Origin: Diplonema japonicum
Lineage: Eukaryota; Protista; Euglenozoa: Diplonemea
DNA length: 64,000 bases
Direction of reading: 5' to 3'
Assembly: GCA_964019335.1 (NCBI GenBank)
Contig: OZ025675.1
Location: 434,001 to 498,000 of the forward strand
This document shows, in pieces, positions 45,277 to 56,192 of this stretch. The translations under genes and the position numbers were made by a program. The notes below the pieces were generated by a model that searched no databases, had not been told where the DNA came from, and saw nothing but the letters and a program-made list of their open reading frames with translations. The first letter of the stretch is position 1. Each line of letters opens with the position of its first letter.

Positions 45277-45877
45277 TCTTTATTTAAACCTATTTTTTTG
45301 TATTATTAAATAATTATGGCTTTGAGAAAAAAATGACAATACACAAGAAAAAAATAATGTTTCTCCTTCAATCTCCAAGGCGTGGAAACACCAAGAGAGA
45401 ACAGGGAGGGTAAATTGTTCTTGGGCAAGAAGTGTTCCCGCCCTTCGTGAAAAGAGGGACAGCTTTCCCTGGGGGAGGGAACTGACTCAGGGGTTGAGAA
45501 TTAAGGTGTGAATACTCAAAAAACGAAATCTTCTTTTTTTTGAGCATGACTCAGCCATCACAACCAGTCTAACTATGTGCCGATATAGCTCAGCTGATTA
45601 TGCAAAAAGGTTGTGGTGCTTTGTGTGACACCCCGAACTCGAGCCTTCTAGAGAGAAAGCTTAGTTTTGAAATAGGAGGGGCCACAGCAGTTAAACACCA
45701 AACAGAACAACCACAGGGAGGTGCTGAAGGCAAATCCCACTTGAATTGGGGGACCGGCTATGCTGGCAAGAAACGCGTTTCCAAGCACTTTTTTTTTAAA
45801 ATAAGGAAACGGAAACGACCACTGCATTCTCGCGTCACTCACATCTGGAGTTTTTGTAAGCAATGATAAGGAACTCT

Positions 45878-47629
45878 TTAGTAGTGTCTCCGATGTTGCT
45901 GGACTGGGATCTGGTTTGCTACATAACGCGAAACAACACCTGCAAGAGGCTCGTTGTCATACGATGCCAGCAAACCTTGGGCTGCTTGCTCCATCTTGCT
46001 ATCGTAAAGGCATTTCCCTTGCAGGTACAGCTTCGCTGCCTCATTGTACTTCGTCCAGTACCCAGCCTTAGACTCATCAAGAACGTACATCCACTCCCCT
46101 CCATCGCCACCATCGCCACCCACATCCTTCTGGTCTAATTCTTGATCGTTGCCCACAATGACTTCCCACAGTATAGCTTGTTGATCTTTGTTCTGCTTCA
46201 CAAAGGTGACCGCCTTGAGGATGATTTGTATCTCATGAGTCATGGAAGCGTCCACATAAACAGCAGTGTTGCACACAACCCCAATGCCCCACTCCGCACC
46301 GAGCCTCTCGTACACAGATGTCAGAACCGCTGCGTGTCCCATGATGCTGAACCGCTTCACCTCATTGTTTCCAAGGTCCCCAGCCAGAACCTTCCCACCG
46401 CACAATGCTATGTTTAATTCTGTGCCTTTTACATCACATTTACGTAAGTTCTTCGCTGCAATAACACCTCCCACTGCGTGTTGGACGCACCTCCTTGACG
46501 CGTTGAACGAGGCGTGCACGTGGTCCCCGACGAACAGGTCCAGCATCCCCTTCTGTGCACGAACAGCGTGCAGTGCGAACCCGATCACCTTCGCGTGGAG
46601 GCGGCTGAACTCCACGTGATTCACCTCCGCTGCTGCGATAGAGTTCTTCATGTTCATCACCAGCATGGTGGCAAATGCGTATGAAAGTGGTTGTGCAAGC
46701 ACTGCGTGTATCAACTCCGAGGACGATGCTGCCATCAGGGACGAGTGTTGTGAGCTTTTCTTTGAAGTGACATCGTATTCGAGGGACTCAGTGTCCTCCT
46801 GCAGACAGGACTGCGGGAGGTAAGGTTTATAAGACCGGAGGTTCACAAGAATGGTGTGAAGCGCTTCGTGAAGTCTTTCAGGGAGGTCTTCCTTCGAAAG
46901 GTCGAGGTGGGCGTCTGCCTCTTCAAGCTTGAACCCTGCAAGGAAGGAGGCCACGTCGCGTGCTGCAAGAACACCCAGTTCCAACTTCCGTTTTTCAGCG
47001 AGAACCTCTTCAGCAAAACCCCTTGTGAAGTAGAAGTCAAGGAGGAAGATCATCATGAACATAGCGAAGACCATCCCTGTGTCTGCAGCGCTTCTAGGAC
47101 AAGGCATGTTGGTGCACGAGCACTGTAGCTCGTAGCGGAAGTCGTGGTCACCGTTGAAGTCACCGGAGCCGATGTCGAGGAGGCCGAAGCGGAAAGCAGT
47201 CTCAAGAGAAGTGATAAAGAGCCACAGGGTGATGATTGACACTGCATTAATGGAGCACCTTCGTTTGACTCTGCAAACGAGGAACATATCGACGACCAGC
47301 ACAGCAAGCGGCCACATCCTGGGCTGCATGGCACCCATGGTGTTGTAGTCAGTTAACATGACGGACACTAATAGGCAGTACCCCACAAGCTCTATGAAGG
47401 TGTCGGAGGGCTTCTTTTTTACAAACAGCCACACTATCCCAGCACCACTGTACGCAACCGCAAAGTAGACTGAGATGCGTGTAAGTGTGAGCGCAACGTA
47501 TAGGCCTAAACTTGACAGAGTGAAAACCAACACTAGGTACCACAGAATAACCTTCTTTCGCTTGACCATCACCTCATCGTCGTCGGGGAGGGCGAGCTTG
47601 CTGACGAGCCAGTTGTGCGGCGACCACAT
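45878..47629 (-). CDS. family A copy A4
   Basis: 583-aa intact ORF. Confidence 0.9.
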   Translation of the reverse strand: MWSPHNWLVSKLALPDDDEVMVKRKKVILWYLVLVFTLSSLGLYVALTLTRISVYFAVAYSGAGIVWLFVKKKPSDTFIELVGYCLLVSVMLTDYNTMGAMQPRMWPLAVLVVDMFLVCRVKRRCSINAVSIITLWLFITSLETAFRFGLLDIGSGDFNGDHDFRYELQCSCTNMPCPRSAADTGMVFAMFMMIFLLDFYFTRGFAEEVLAEKRKLELGVLAARDVASFLAGFKLEEADAHLDLSKEDLPERLHEALHTILVNLRSYKPYLPQSCLQEDTESLEYDVTSKKSSQHSSLMAASSSELIHAVLAQPLSYAFATMLVMNMKNSIAAAEVNHVEFSRLHAKVIGFALHAVRAQKGMLDLFVGDHVHASFNASRRCVQHAVGGVIAAKNLRKCDVKGTELNIALCGGKVLAGDLGNNEVKRFSIMGHAAVLTSVYERLGAEWGIGVVCNTAVYVDASMTHEIQIILKAVTFVKQNKDQQAILWEVIVGNDQELDQKDVGGDGGDGGEWMYVLDESKAGYWTKYNEAAKLYLQGKCLYDSKMEQAAQGLLASYDNEPLAGVVSRYVANQIPVQQHRRHY

Positions 47630-47640
47630 TCTTTATTTAA

Positions 47641-50188
47641 CCATCTACTAACGAACGTCTATATGGGTCGATTTCAAACCCCCCCCCCAAAAAATGAGGC
47701 CAATTGACACTTTCGTTGCATCTTTGGGCATGCCGCCCCCTTTAAAAAAAATTCTCCATATTTCCCGGCCCATATTAGGAAAGAACCCGGGTCAGAAATC
47801 GCTCAAGGGTGCTATTTTGACCTATGAAAAATTCAGTATTAGGGTAAAAATCGGGTTTTAGTGGTTTTGGTAAAGTCAGAGAGTATGCTTTCAATAGCAA
47901 GAAATAGCGGAACTCACTGCTAGAAGGTGGCTGAAATGATGTTGGAAGTGGAAACCTTCATTTCCTAGTCTTCTGCGGCTGAGATGTGCTGCTGCTGAGT
48001 GGGCGACCTCGTTTCTTTTTCATACTATAGGCCTTCTACCGCATTTTGGGGGGGTTTTAAGACTCATTCGTAGGTGTACTTGGTGCTTTGGGCTTGTCAT
48101 GGGGTGGCGAGTATTTTTGTAATTTGGTTACTATTCTTTCTCGTTTTTCAAGTCCGGGAAGGCTATCAGGAACGTCCTCATACTCATCACAAGATTCATA
48201 GACTGGGGGCCTTTTCTCTGCCCTGTCTGCAGCGAGTTCTTTGATGATGTACTTTAGTTCTTTCTAGCTCGTGGACGCGCACGTAGCAAAACACCCTCCG
48301 GTGTGCTCCTGAGCTCATATGCACCTGTAAAATCCGGAAACTCAAGAATTTTCTTTTATGCACGGCGCACCGTATCGTATTGGTGATGTTAGCTATTTGT
48401 TCCACAGTTTTAATTGTTGTGGAACGAGGCACCCAAAGCCAAACACGAGAGAGCACACCAAAGTGGCTGTCCCTGTTGTTTTTGCCGTGTTTCTCCCCCA
48501 GAAACCACAGGGAAAACGTCCGATCGGGATATACATAACGAAGACCAAAAAGAACAAAGTAGCAAAACTCCTTTGCACGAAAGTGACGCCCACCGTCAGT
48601 CCAGAGTATCCACTCCATTTTTTCCTGTGCCCATGCTACTGTGGAACAAGACTTTTCCAACAGTAAGGCCAGCTGCCCTTATTTCATCATGTGTGATGTG
48701 GTCAAGCCTCATGCCTCTGACCAATTGGCGCCGTGTGGTGTCTTGTTGGCTACTAAATCAACCAGAAAATGATAGCAGAAGTGCCGCTAGAAGTTCCCTT
48801 TTACACACCACTTCACAAACTAGTGCAGCACAGTCGTTGCCACTGAGCTTCTCAAAAACCTCTGTGGCGAGTGTCCTGATCGCCGTGGTGTTCCCATTTA
48901 CCCTTTCTCGGTCCGAATACCATTTTTTTTTACCCCTAGCTTCTCAACAGCAAGTTTAAAAGCATCCATTTTTGTCACCCCCTCTTTTACTGAATTTGTG
49001 CAAAGTGAAAAAACCCATTTTTGCCCTAGGACTGAATTTTCTGGGTACTAGTAACACTCACTTTCCCATTTTCTGGGGTGTTTTCTTTCCTAACCTGGGC
49101 CGGGAAAGTTGTAGAATTTTTTTTCTTTGGGAAAAAGTACTTAGAGAAATATTGAAAGTGTCAATTGGCCTCATTTTTTGGGGGGGGGGGGTTTTGAAAC
49201 GATGCCATATATAGACGATTTGACAAAAAGTCTTTTGCGCAAAGGGCTTTCAATGCAATACGGCCCGGCCACTTCTTGCATCCTGCGCGGAAAATATGAA
49301 AAATAATAAGCTAAATGCTGCCCTAACTTTGCAAGAAAATGAAAAAAAAACGCCAGCCCAAATTTACCCTTAGAAATCACTTTAAAAAAAGAGCGCCCAG
49401 AAAGAGACCGGAAGAGGACATTATGAGTGATGGTAGCACTGATGGCTCATCCCTATTATGCAATTTTGATACAGACAGTGATTCTGATTCGAATTCGACC
49501 GATTCCGAGTCACAGCAGGGTGATTGGACGGCAAAGCCGGAGCAGTTGGAAGGCATCCGGTTTCGTGAGGATCGGAATCCTTGTGGACCCTGTTTTGACA
49601 CCAGAGGCTCCCAGATTATTCTGATTACTGGCGCACTGGCTCCACGCCTCTCAACCACACCCCTGGGTACGCCACCGTCATGTCAAGAGACCGCTTTTTT
49701 GACTATTCTGGGAAATCTGTGTTCCCACAGCGAAACAAACAAGCGTGCTGACTTCTACCTATCGCAAAGGCCAAGGCCTCCCGGAGATCACGGATGCCCG
49801 CAAGCCCAAGGACGCGCATCCTGTGGGGACACCCAGTTCCACCAGCACGTGAGCATCCTTTGCACCACAACGTGGCATGACATCAAGCCTGCCGACGTTG
49901 GATGTTCTGGTGACGTCAAATTTGACGTGTCGGCCAAAAGAGAATGAAAGCCGGAAAGGACATCTTCAAGTGCATATTTACAACACCGCAATGGGCGGAA
50001 CCGACGCTGGGTGATGCTGTGACAACGCCATAAACGCACCCTTATGACTTCGAAGTGGTCCCTGAAAGTATTTTCGTTCGCAACAGTCGATTCTTTTGAC
50101 TTGTTTTTTGTACCCCCTCTCGAGCTTCGGGAACGATATTTTTGACAATGTTGTGGGGGTGGGCCCTGCTGTGGGGCACCCTCTTTTA
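47641..50188 (+). mobile_element. piggyBac-like copy, right end lost, interrupted by a Sola-like element
   Basis: TTAA at 47637-47640 then CCATCTACTAACG; similarity to 909-2540 resumes at 49207. Confidence 0.85.
47665..49206 (-). mobile_element. Sola-like DNA transposon nested in piggyBac
   Basis: ~50-bp imperfect TIR (..CCAAAAAATGAGGCCAATTGACACTTTC); ATAT duplicated at 47661-47664 and 49207-49210; ORF 48196-48660 WTDGGRHF..EKHGKNNRDSHFG resembles the Sola2 SDG..F..HGK..D core. Confidence 0.75.
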
Positions 50189-50902
50189 GGAAGTTCTTGA
50201 GGGCTTGCTTCGCTGCATCGTAGCAGCGGGTAAAAGCCTTTTCTTTAGCCTCTCAACACGAGCAATCCGTGGTGGCAGGAACGTCTGGAGAGGTACAAGG
50301 ACAGTGCTGGTGCAGATATACCAGAGAAGGCTAACGAATGCATGAGAGCACGTTCGAATGCCACAGTTGCATCATTCCTCATTGCAATGGGAGCATGTGT
50401 GATTGGCAAGATCGGGGGTGCTGATGACCTTCCATAGCCGTGACGCGTAGCGTGCTTGCAAACGTTCCCATGGTGATATTTAGAGTGCTGGGGCATGGCT
50501 TGATCGCATTTCAAACAGAAAATAACATGCACTGAATTGTGTCTCAGTGCATCCTTTGCAGCAGCAGGGTACTTTTATTCACTGAATAAAATAACGTCCC
50601 TCCCGGGGGGGGGGGGAGGGGCAGATACACAAAGCCGACCCACTAGAGTATCGAAACGACATAGAAAAAGATTATTTTCCCGAAAAGCTGCTGAACAAAT
50701 CTCTTTCTGGACGGATTCATATGTGGTTTTTTTTTAAATATTTCTCCGATTAAAATAACGTTATTTAATTCGATATCGTTAAAATAACGGGACGGGTACG
50801 TAATAAGATTATGGGCCCTTTTTTTGCGTTATGGGATTTGATACCGGGTATTTTAAAATATCAATTTGATACGTTATGCTTGCGTTATAACGTGCAGGCT
50901 AT

Positions 50903-51475
50903 GATACACAAGAAAAAGAATAATGTTTCTCCTTCAATCTCCAAGGCGTGGAAACACCAAGAGAGAACAGGGAGAGTAAATTGTTCTTGGGCAAGAAGTG
51001 TTCCCGCCCTTCGTGAAAAGAGGGACAGCTTTCCCTGGGGGAGGGAACTGACTCAGGGGTTGAGAATTAAGGTGTGGAATGAATATGAGGGGTGTGAATA
51101 CTCAAAAAACGAAATCTGTTCTTTTTTTTGAGCATGACTCAGCCATCACAACCAGTCTAACTATGTGCCGATATAGCTCAGCTGATTATGCAAAAAGGTT
51201 GTGGTGCTTTGTGTGACACCCCGAACTCGAGCCTTCTAGAGAGAAAGCTTAGTTTTGAAATAGGAGGGGCCACAGCACTTAAACACCAAACAGAACAACC
51301 ACAGGGAGGTGCTGAAGGCAAATCCCATTTGAATTGGGGGACCGGCTATGCTGGCAAGAAACGCGTTTCCAAGCAAAATAAGGAACGGAAACGTTTCCCT
51401 GTTTCTTGCCAGTATAGCCCTAGGAGGGGGGTCCACTCCCATCTGGAGTTTTTGTAAGCAATGATAAGCAACTCT
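50903..51475. repeat. duplicated intergenic/3' region
   Basis: Near-identical to 45340-45877. Confidence 0.85.
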
Positions 51476-53254
51476 TTAGTAGTGTCTCCGATGTTGCTGG
51501 ACTGGGATCTGGTTTGCTACATAACGCGAAACAACACCTGCAAGAGGCTCGTTGTCATACGATGCCAGCAAACCTTGGGCTGCTTGCTCCATCTTGCTAT
51601 CGTAAAGGCATTTCCCTTGCAGGTACAGCTTCGCTGCCTCATTGTACTTCGTCCAGTACCCAGCCTTAGACTCATCAAGAACGTACATCCACTCCCCTCC
51701 ATCGCCACCCATGTCGTCGTCGCTTGATTCTTGATCATTATCCACAATGACTTCCCACAAAAAAGCTTGTTGATCTTTGTCCTGCTTCACAAAGGTGACC
51801 GCCTTGAGGATGATTTGTATCTCATGAGTCATGGAAGCGTCCACATAAACAGCAGTGTTGCACACAACCCCAATGCCCCACTCCGCACCGAGCCTCTCGT
51901 ACACAGATGACAGGACGGATGCGTGTCCCATGATGCTGAACCGCTTCACTTCGTCGTTCCCAAGGTCCCCAACCAGAACCTTCCCACCGCACAATGCTAT
52001 GTTTAATTCTGTGCCTTTTACATCACATTTACGTAAGTTCTTCGCTGCAATAACACCTCCCACTGCGTGTTGGACGCACCTCCTTGACGCGTTGAACGAG
52101 GCGTGCACGTGGTCCCCGACGAACAGGTCCAGCATCCCCTTCTGTGCACGAACAGCGTGCAGTGCGAACCCGATCACCTTCGCGTGGAGGCGGCTGAACT
52201 CCACGTGATTCACCTCCGCTGCTGCGATAGAGTTCTTCATGTTCATCACCAGCATGGTGGCAAATGCGTATGAAAGTGGTTGTGCAAGCACTGCAACATG
52301 TTGTATCAACTCCGAGGACGATGCTGCCATCAGGGACGAGTGTTGTGAGCTTTTCTTTGAAATGGCCTCATCGAGGAACTCAATGTCCTCTTGAAGACAG
52401 GAGCTGTCAGAGTCACCGACACGAAGACAGGACTGCGGGAGGTAAGGTTTATAAGACCGGAGGTTCACAAGAATGGTGTGAAGCGCTTCGTGAAGTCTTT
52501 CAGGGAGGTCTTCCTTCGAAAGGTCGAGGTGGGCGTCTGCCTCTTCAAGCTTGAACCCTGCAAGGAAGGAGGCCACGTCGCGTGCTGCAAGAACACCCAG
52601 TTCCAACTTCCGTTTTTCAGCGAGAACCTCTTCAGCGAAGCCTCTTGTGAAGTAGAAGTCGAGAAGGAAGATGGTCATCATGACAAAGAAGGTGAGCCCG
52701 ACACTGGAGGCCTTCCTGCTGCACGGCACGTTGTCACAGCCGCAGGCTTTTTCTAAGCGGGTGTCGTGGTCACCGTTGAAACCACCGTCGCCGATGTCGA
52801 GGAGGCCGAAGCGGGTGGCGTCCTCGGTGCTGGTGATGATGAGCCAGAGGCAGAGGATTGCAAGGATGATGATGGAGGACCTTGACCGTATCCTGCACAC
52901 GAGCATCACATCGATGACGATGACAGTGAGAGCCCACAACCTGGGTATCATGGAACCCATCGAGTTCAGATCTGTGAAGATGATGGCAACGAGGTCCGCG
53001 TACCCCACAAGCTCTATGAAGGTGTCGGAGGGCTTCTTGTTCACAAATAGCCACACCAAGGCCATGATGTTGGTACCAGCTGACACATATGAGGCGATCT
53101 GCCCAGCGGTGACCGAGGTGACGAAAATCCCTGTCGCACCCAACAATAAGGGCATAATCAAGAACCAAATAAGGATCTTTTTTCGCTTGACCATCACCTC
53201 ATCGTCGTCGGGGAGGGCGAGCTTGCTGACAAGCCATTTGTGCAGCGACCACAT
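51476..53254 (-). CDS. family A copy A5 (A3 N-half / A4-type C-half chimera)
   Basis: 592 aa; junction PQSCLRVGDSDSSCLQED. Confidence 0.9.
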   Translation of the reverse strand: MWSLHKWLVSKLALPDDDEVMVKRKKILIWFLIMPLLLGATGIFVTSVTAGQIASYVSAGTNIMALVWLFVNKKPSDTFIELVGYADLVAIIFTDLNSMGSMIPRLWALTVIVIDVMLVCRIRSRSSIIILAILCLWLIITSTEDATRFGLLDIGDGGFNGDHDTRLEKACGCDNVPCSRKASSVGLTFFVMMTIFLLDFYFTRGFAEEVLAEKRKLELGVLAARDVASFLAGFKLEEADAHLDLSKEDLPERLHEALHTILVNLRSYKPYLPQSCLRVGDSDSSCLQEDIEFLDEAISKKSSQHSSLMAASSSELIQHVAVLAQPLSYAFATMLVMNMKNSIAAAEVNHVEFSRLHAKVIGFALHAVRAQKGMLDLFVGDHVHASFNASRRCVQHAVGGVIAAKNLRKCDVKGTELNIALCGGKVLVGDLGNDEVKRFSIMGHASVLSSVYERLGAEWGIGVVCNTAVYVDASMTHEIQIILKAVTFVKQDKDQQAFLWEVIVDNDQESSDDDMGGDGGEWMYVLDESKAGYWTKYNEAAKLYLQGKCLYDSKMEQAAQGLLASYDNEPLAGVVSRYVANQIPVQQHRRHY

Positions 53255-53566
53255 TTCTTTTTTTTTTTTTTTTTTTTTGTTTAAAGAAAACGATTCTTAA
53301 GAAATGAAAGAGATTTTGAGATTCCGTGCTTGCGCACCGGCAGGGACATCAACAAGAAGTAAACGAAAATGCCAGTTGCACCCAACAACAAGATTCGCTT
53401 CGCCAACACCATTTGTGCAGCGACCACATTCAACATGTTGCAATATAGTAAGCACCGTACTCTTTGCGAGAGAAAAGGTGAAGCTTTACCCTATGAGACG
53501 TGAAAACGCCTGCATCACTACATGGCTCGCCGACTATGCAAAAAAACGTAAACTAAAGGGAACTCT

Positions 53567-55321
53567 TTAGTAGTGTCTCCGATGTTGCTGGACTGGGATC
53601 TGGTTTGCTACATAACGCGAAACAACACCTGCAAGAGGCTCGTTGTCATACGATGCCAGCAAACCTTGGGCTGCTTGCTCCATCTTGCTATCGTAAAGGC
53701 ATTTCCCTTGCAGGTACAGCTTCGCTGCCTCATTGTACTTCGTCCAGTACCCAGCCTTAGACTCATCAAGAACGTACATCCACTCCCCTCCATCGCCACC
53801 ATCGCCACCCACATCCTTCTGGTCTAATTCTTGATCGTTGCCCACAATGACTTCCCACAGTATAGCTTGTTGATCTTTGTTCTGCTTCACAAAGGTGACC
53901 GCCTTGAGGATGATTTGTATCTCATGAGTCATGGAAGCGTCCACATAAACAGCAGTGTTGCACACAACCCCAATGCCCCACTCCGCACCGAGCCTCTCGT
54001 ACACAGATGTCAGAACCGCTGCGTGTCCCATGATGCTGAACCGCTTCACCTCATTGTTTCCAAGGTCCCCAGCCAGAACCTTCCCACCGCACAATGCTAT
54101 GTTTAATTCTGTGCCTTTTACATCACATTTACGTAAGTTCTTCGCTGCAATAACACCTCCCACTGCGTGTTGGACGCACCTCCTTGACGCGTTGAACGAG
54201 GCGTGCACGTGGTCCCCGACGAACAGGTCCAGCATCCCCTTCTGTGCACGAACAGCGTGCAGTGCGAACCCGATCACCTTCGCGTGGAGGCGGCTGAACT
54301 CCACGTGATTCACCTCCGCTGCTGCGATAGAGTTCTTCATGTTCATCACCAGCATGGTGGCAAATGCGTATGAAAGTGGTTGTGCAAGCACTGCGTGTAT
54401 CAACTCCGAGGACGATGCTGCCATCAGGGACGAGTGTTGTGAGCTTTTCTTTGAAGTGACATCGTATTCGAGGGACTCAGTGTCCTCCTGCAGACAGGAC
54501 TGCGGGAGGTAAGGTTTATAAGACCGGAGGTTCACAAGAATGGTGTGAAGCGCTTCGTGAAGTCTTTCAGGGAGGTCTTCCTTCGAAAGGTCGAGGTGGG
54601 CGTCTGCCTCTTCAAGCTTGAACCCTGCAAGGAAGGAGGCCACGTCGCGTGCTGCAAGAACACCCAGTTCCAACTTCCGTTTTTCAGCGAGAACCTCTTC
54701 AGCAAAACCCCTTGTGAAGTAGAAGTCAAGGAGGAAGATCATCATGATTATAGCGAAGACCATCCCTGAGACTATTGCGTTTCTACGACAAGGCATGTTG
54801 GTGCACGAGCACAGTTGCTCGTAACGGGAGTCGTGGTCTCCGTTGAAGTCACTGGGGCCGATGTCGAGGAGGCCGAAGCGGAAAGCAGTCTCAAGAGATG
54901 TGATGATGAGCCACAGGGTGATGATTGACACTGCATTAACGGAGCACCTTCGCTTGACTCTGCAAACGAGGAACACATCGACGACCAGCACAGCAAGCGG
55001 CCACATCCTGGGCAGCATGGCACCCATGGTGTTGTAGTCAGTCAAGATGACGGACACTAATTGGCAGTACCCCACAAGCTCTATGAAGGTGTCGGAGGGC
55101 TTCTTGTTCACAAACAGCCACACTAGCCCAGCACCACTGTACACAACCACAAAGTAGGTTGAGATGCGTGGAAGTGTGAGCACAATGTATGTAACACCTA
55201 TACTTGACAGAATGAAACCAATCGCTAAGTACCACAGAAGAACCTTCTTGCGCTTGACCATCACCTCATCGTCGTCGGGGAGGGCGAGCTTGTTGAGAAG
55301 CCACTTGTGCAGCGACCACAT
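53567..55321 (-). CDS. family A copy A6
   Basis: 584 aa; C-terminal half identical to A4. Confidence 0.9.
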   Translation of the reverse strand: MWSLHKWLLNKLALPDDDEVMVKRKKVLLWYLAIGFILSSIGVTYIVLTLPRISTYFVVVYSGAGLVWLFVNKKPSDTFIELVGYCQLVSVILTDYNTMGAMLPRMWPLAVLVVDVFLVCRVKRRCSVNAVSIITLWLIITSLETAFRFGLLDIGPSDFNGDHDSRYEQLCSCTNMPCRRNAIVSGMVFAIIMMIFLLDFYFTRGFAEEVLAEKRKLELGVLAARDVASFLAGFKLEEADAHLDLSKEDLPERLHEALHTILVNLRSYKPYLPQSCLQEDTESLEYDVTSKKSSQHSSLMAASSSELIHAVLAQPLSYAFATMLVMNMKNSIAAAEVNHVEFSRLHAKVIGFALHAVRAQKGMLDLFVGDHVHASFNASRRCVQHAVGGVIAAKNLRKCDVKGTELNIALCGGKVLAGDLGNNEVKRFSIMGHAAVLTSVYERLGAEWGIGVVCNTAVYVDASMTHEIQIILKAVTFVKQNKDQQAILWEVIVGNDQELDQKDVGGDGGDGGEWMYVLDESKAGYWTKYNEAAKLYLQGKCLYDSKMEQAAQGLLASYDNEPLAGVVSRYVANQIPVQQHRRHY

Positions 55322-55444
55322 TTCCCCCCTTTTTTTTTCTTTTTAAAAATACGTTCCTGATTCTTTAAGAAATGAAAGAGATGTTGAAATTCTGTGCTCG
55401 CGCACCGGCAGGGACATCAACAAGAAGAAAACAAAGACGCTCAT

Positions 55445-55695
55445 CTCACAAGTTTCTTTTCCTGTGACACCTTTCCTCTAGAGACGATAACAGGTGAACT
55501 ACATCGTCAATATAAAAGACTATTCCTTTAGGTATGCAAAGAAGAAGAAGAAGAGAAAAGAAAAAAAAAAACTCGACTTTAAAAACTAGTTTGTCTTGGC
55601 CCCTGTGGGCCTTGTAGGCGCTGTTTAACCTGACACATCCTGCATTCAAAAACATGCGAAAAGACTCTTCTTTTTTCTTTCCTGACCCCCCCAAC
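55445..55695. repeat. duplicated upstream segment
   Basis: Near-identical to ~62620-62865. Confidence 0.8.
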
Positions 55696-55866
55696 CCCGA
55701 GTCAAAAGGAGGTTGTTGTGAGACGCTGTTGTCTTGAAGTCCAGTAAAGGAAAAAGGAAAATCAGATTGTTAACTGTTTGGTACTAACCAATTAAAGGCA
55801 GCTTTTACAAAGACCAGCCAAGAGTCAACGCCACGTGGGTGTAAGTGTTATAAAGGAATGGAAAAA

Positions 55867-56192
55867 GAATATATATGAGTTAAAGGAGGCCGGTGTTGGC
55901 GCCCTGCACAAGTACTGTCTACTTGATTACAGGGGGCGCACCGCGGCCGAGTTGTAGCTTCTTCTGCGTTCCGCGTCGTGTTCTTAATGCGTGCGGTGTA
56001 CAGCCCAACCCCAGCCGGGGCGTCCCGGGTAACCAAGATTCTGCGCTCGTGCAGTTTGCTGCCTGTTCGTCACCCTGAGCATCTGCATTGTTCTTCCACT
56101 CGGGCGCTACCGGTGATGACCGACGAAGAGGTCAACAGCGAACAACACATCTGATGTTTTTCTTATATTTTCATGTTATCTCCACCACCTTG
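55867..56192 (-). mobile_element. SINE-like element, copy 4, flanked by 131-bp direct repeats
   Basis: 55736-55866 equals 56200-56330 with one mismatch. Confidence 0.88.
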
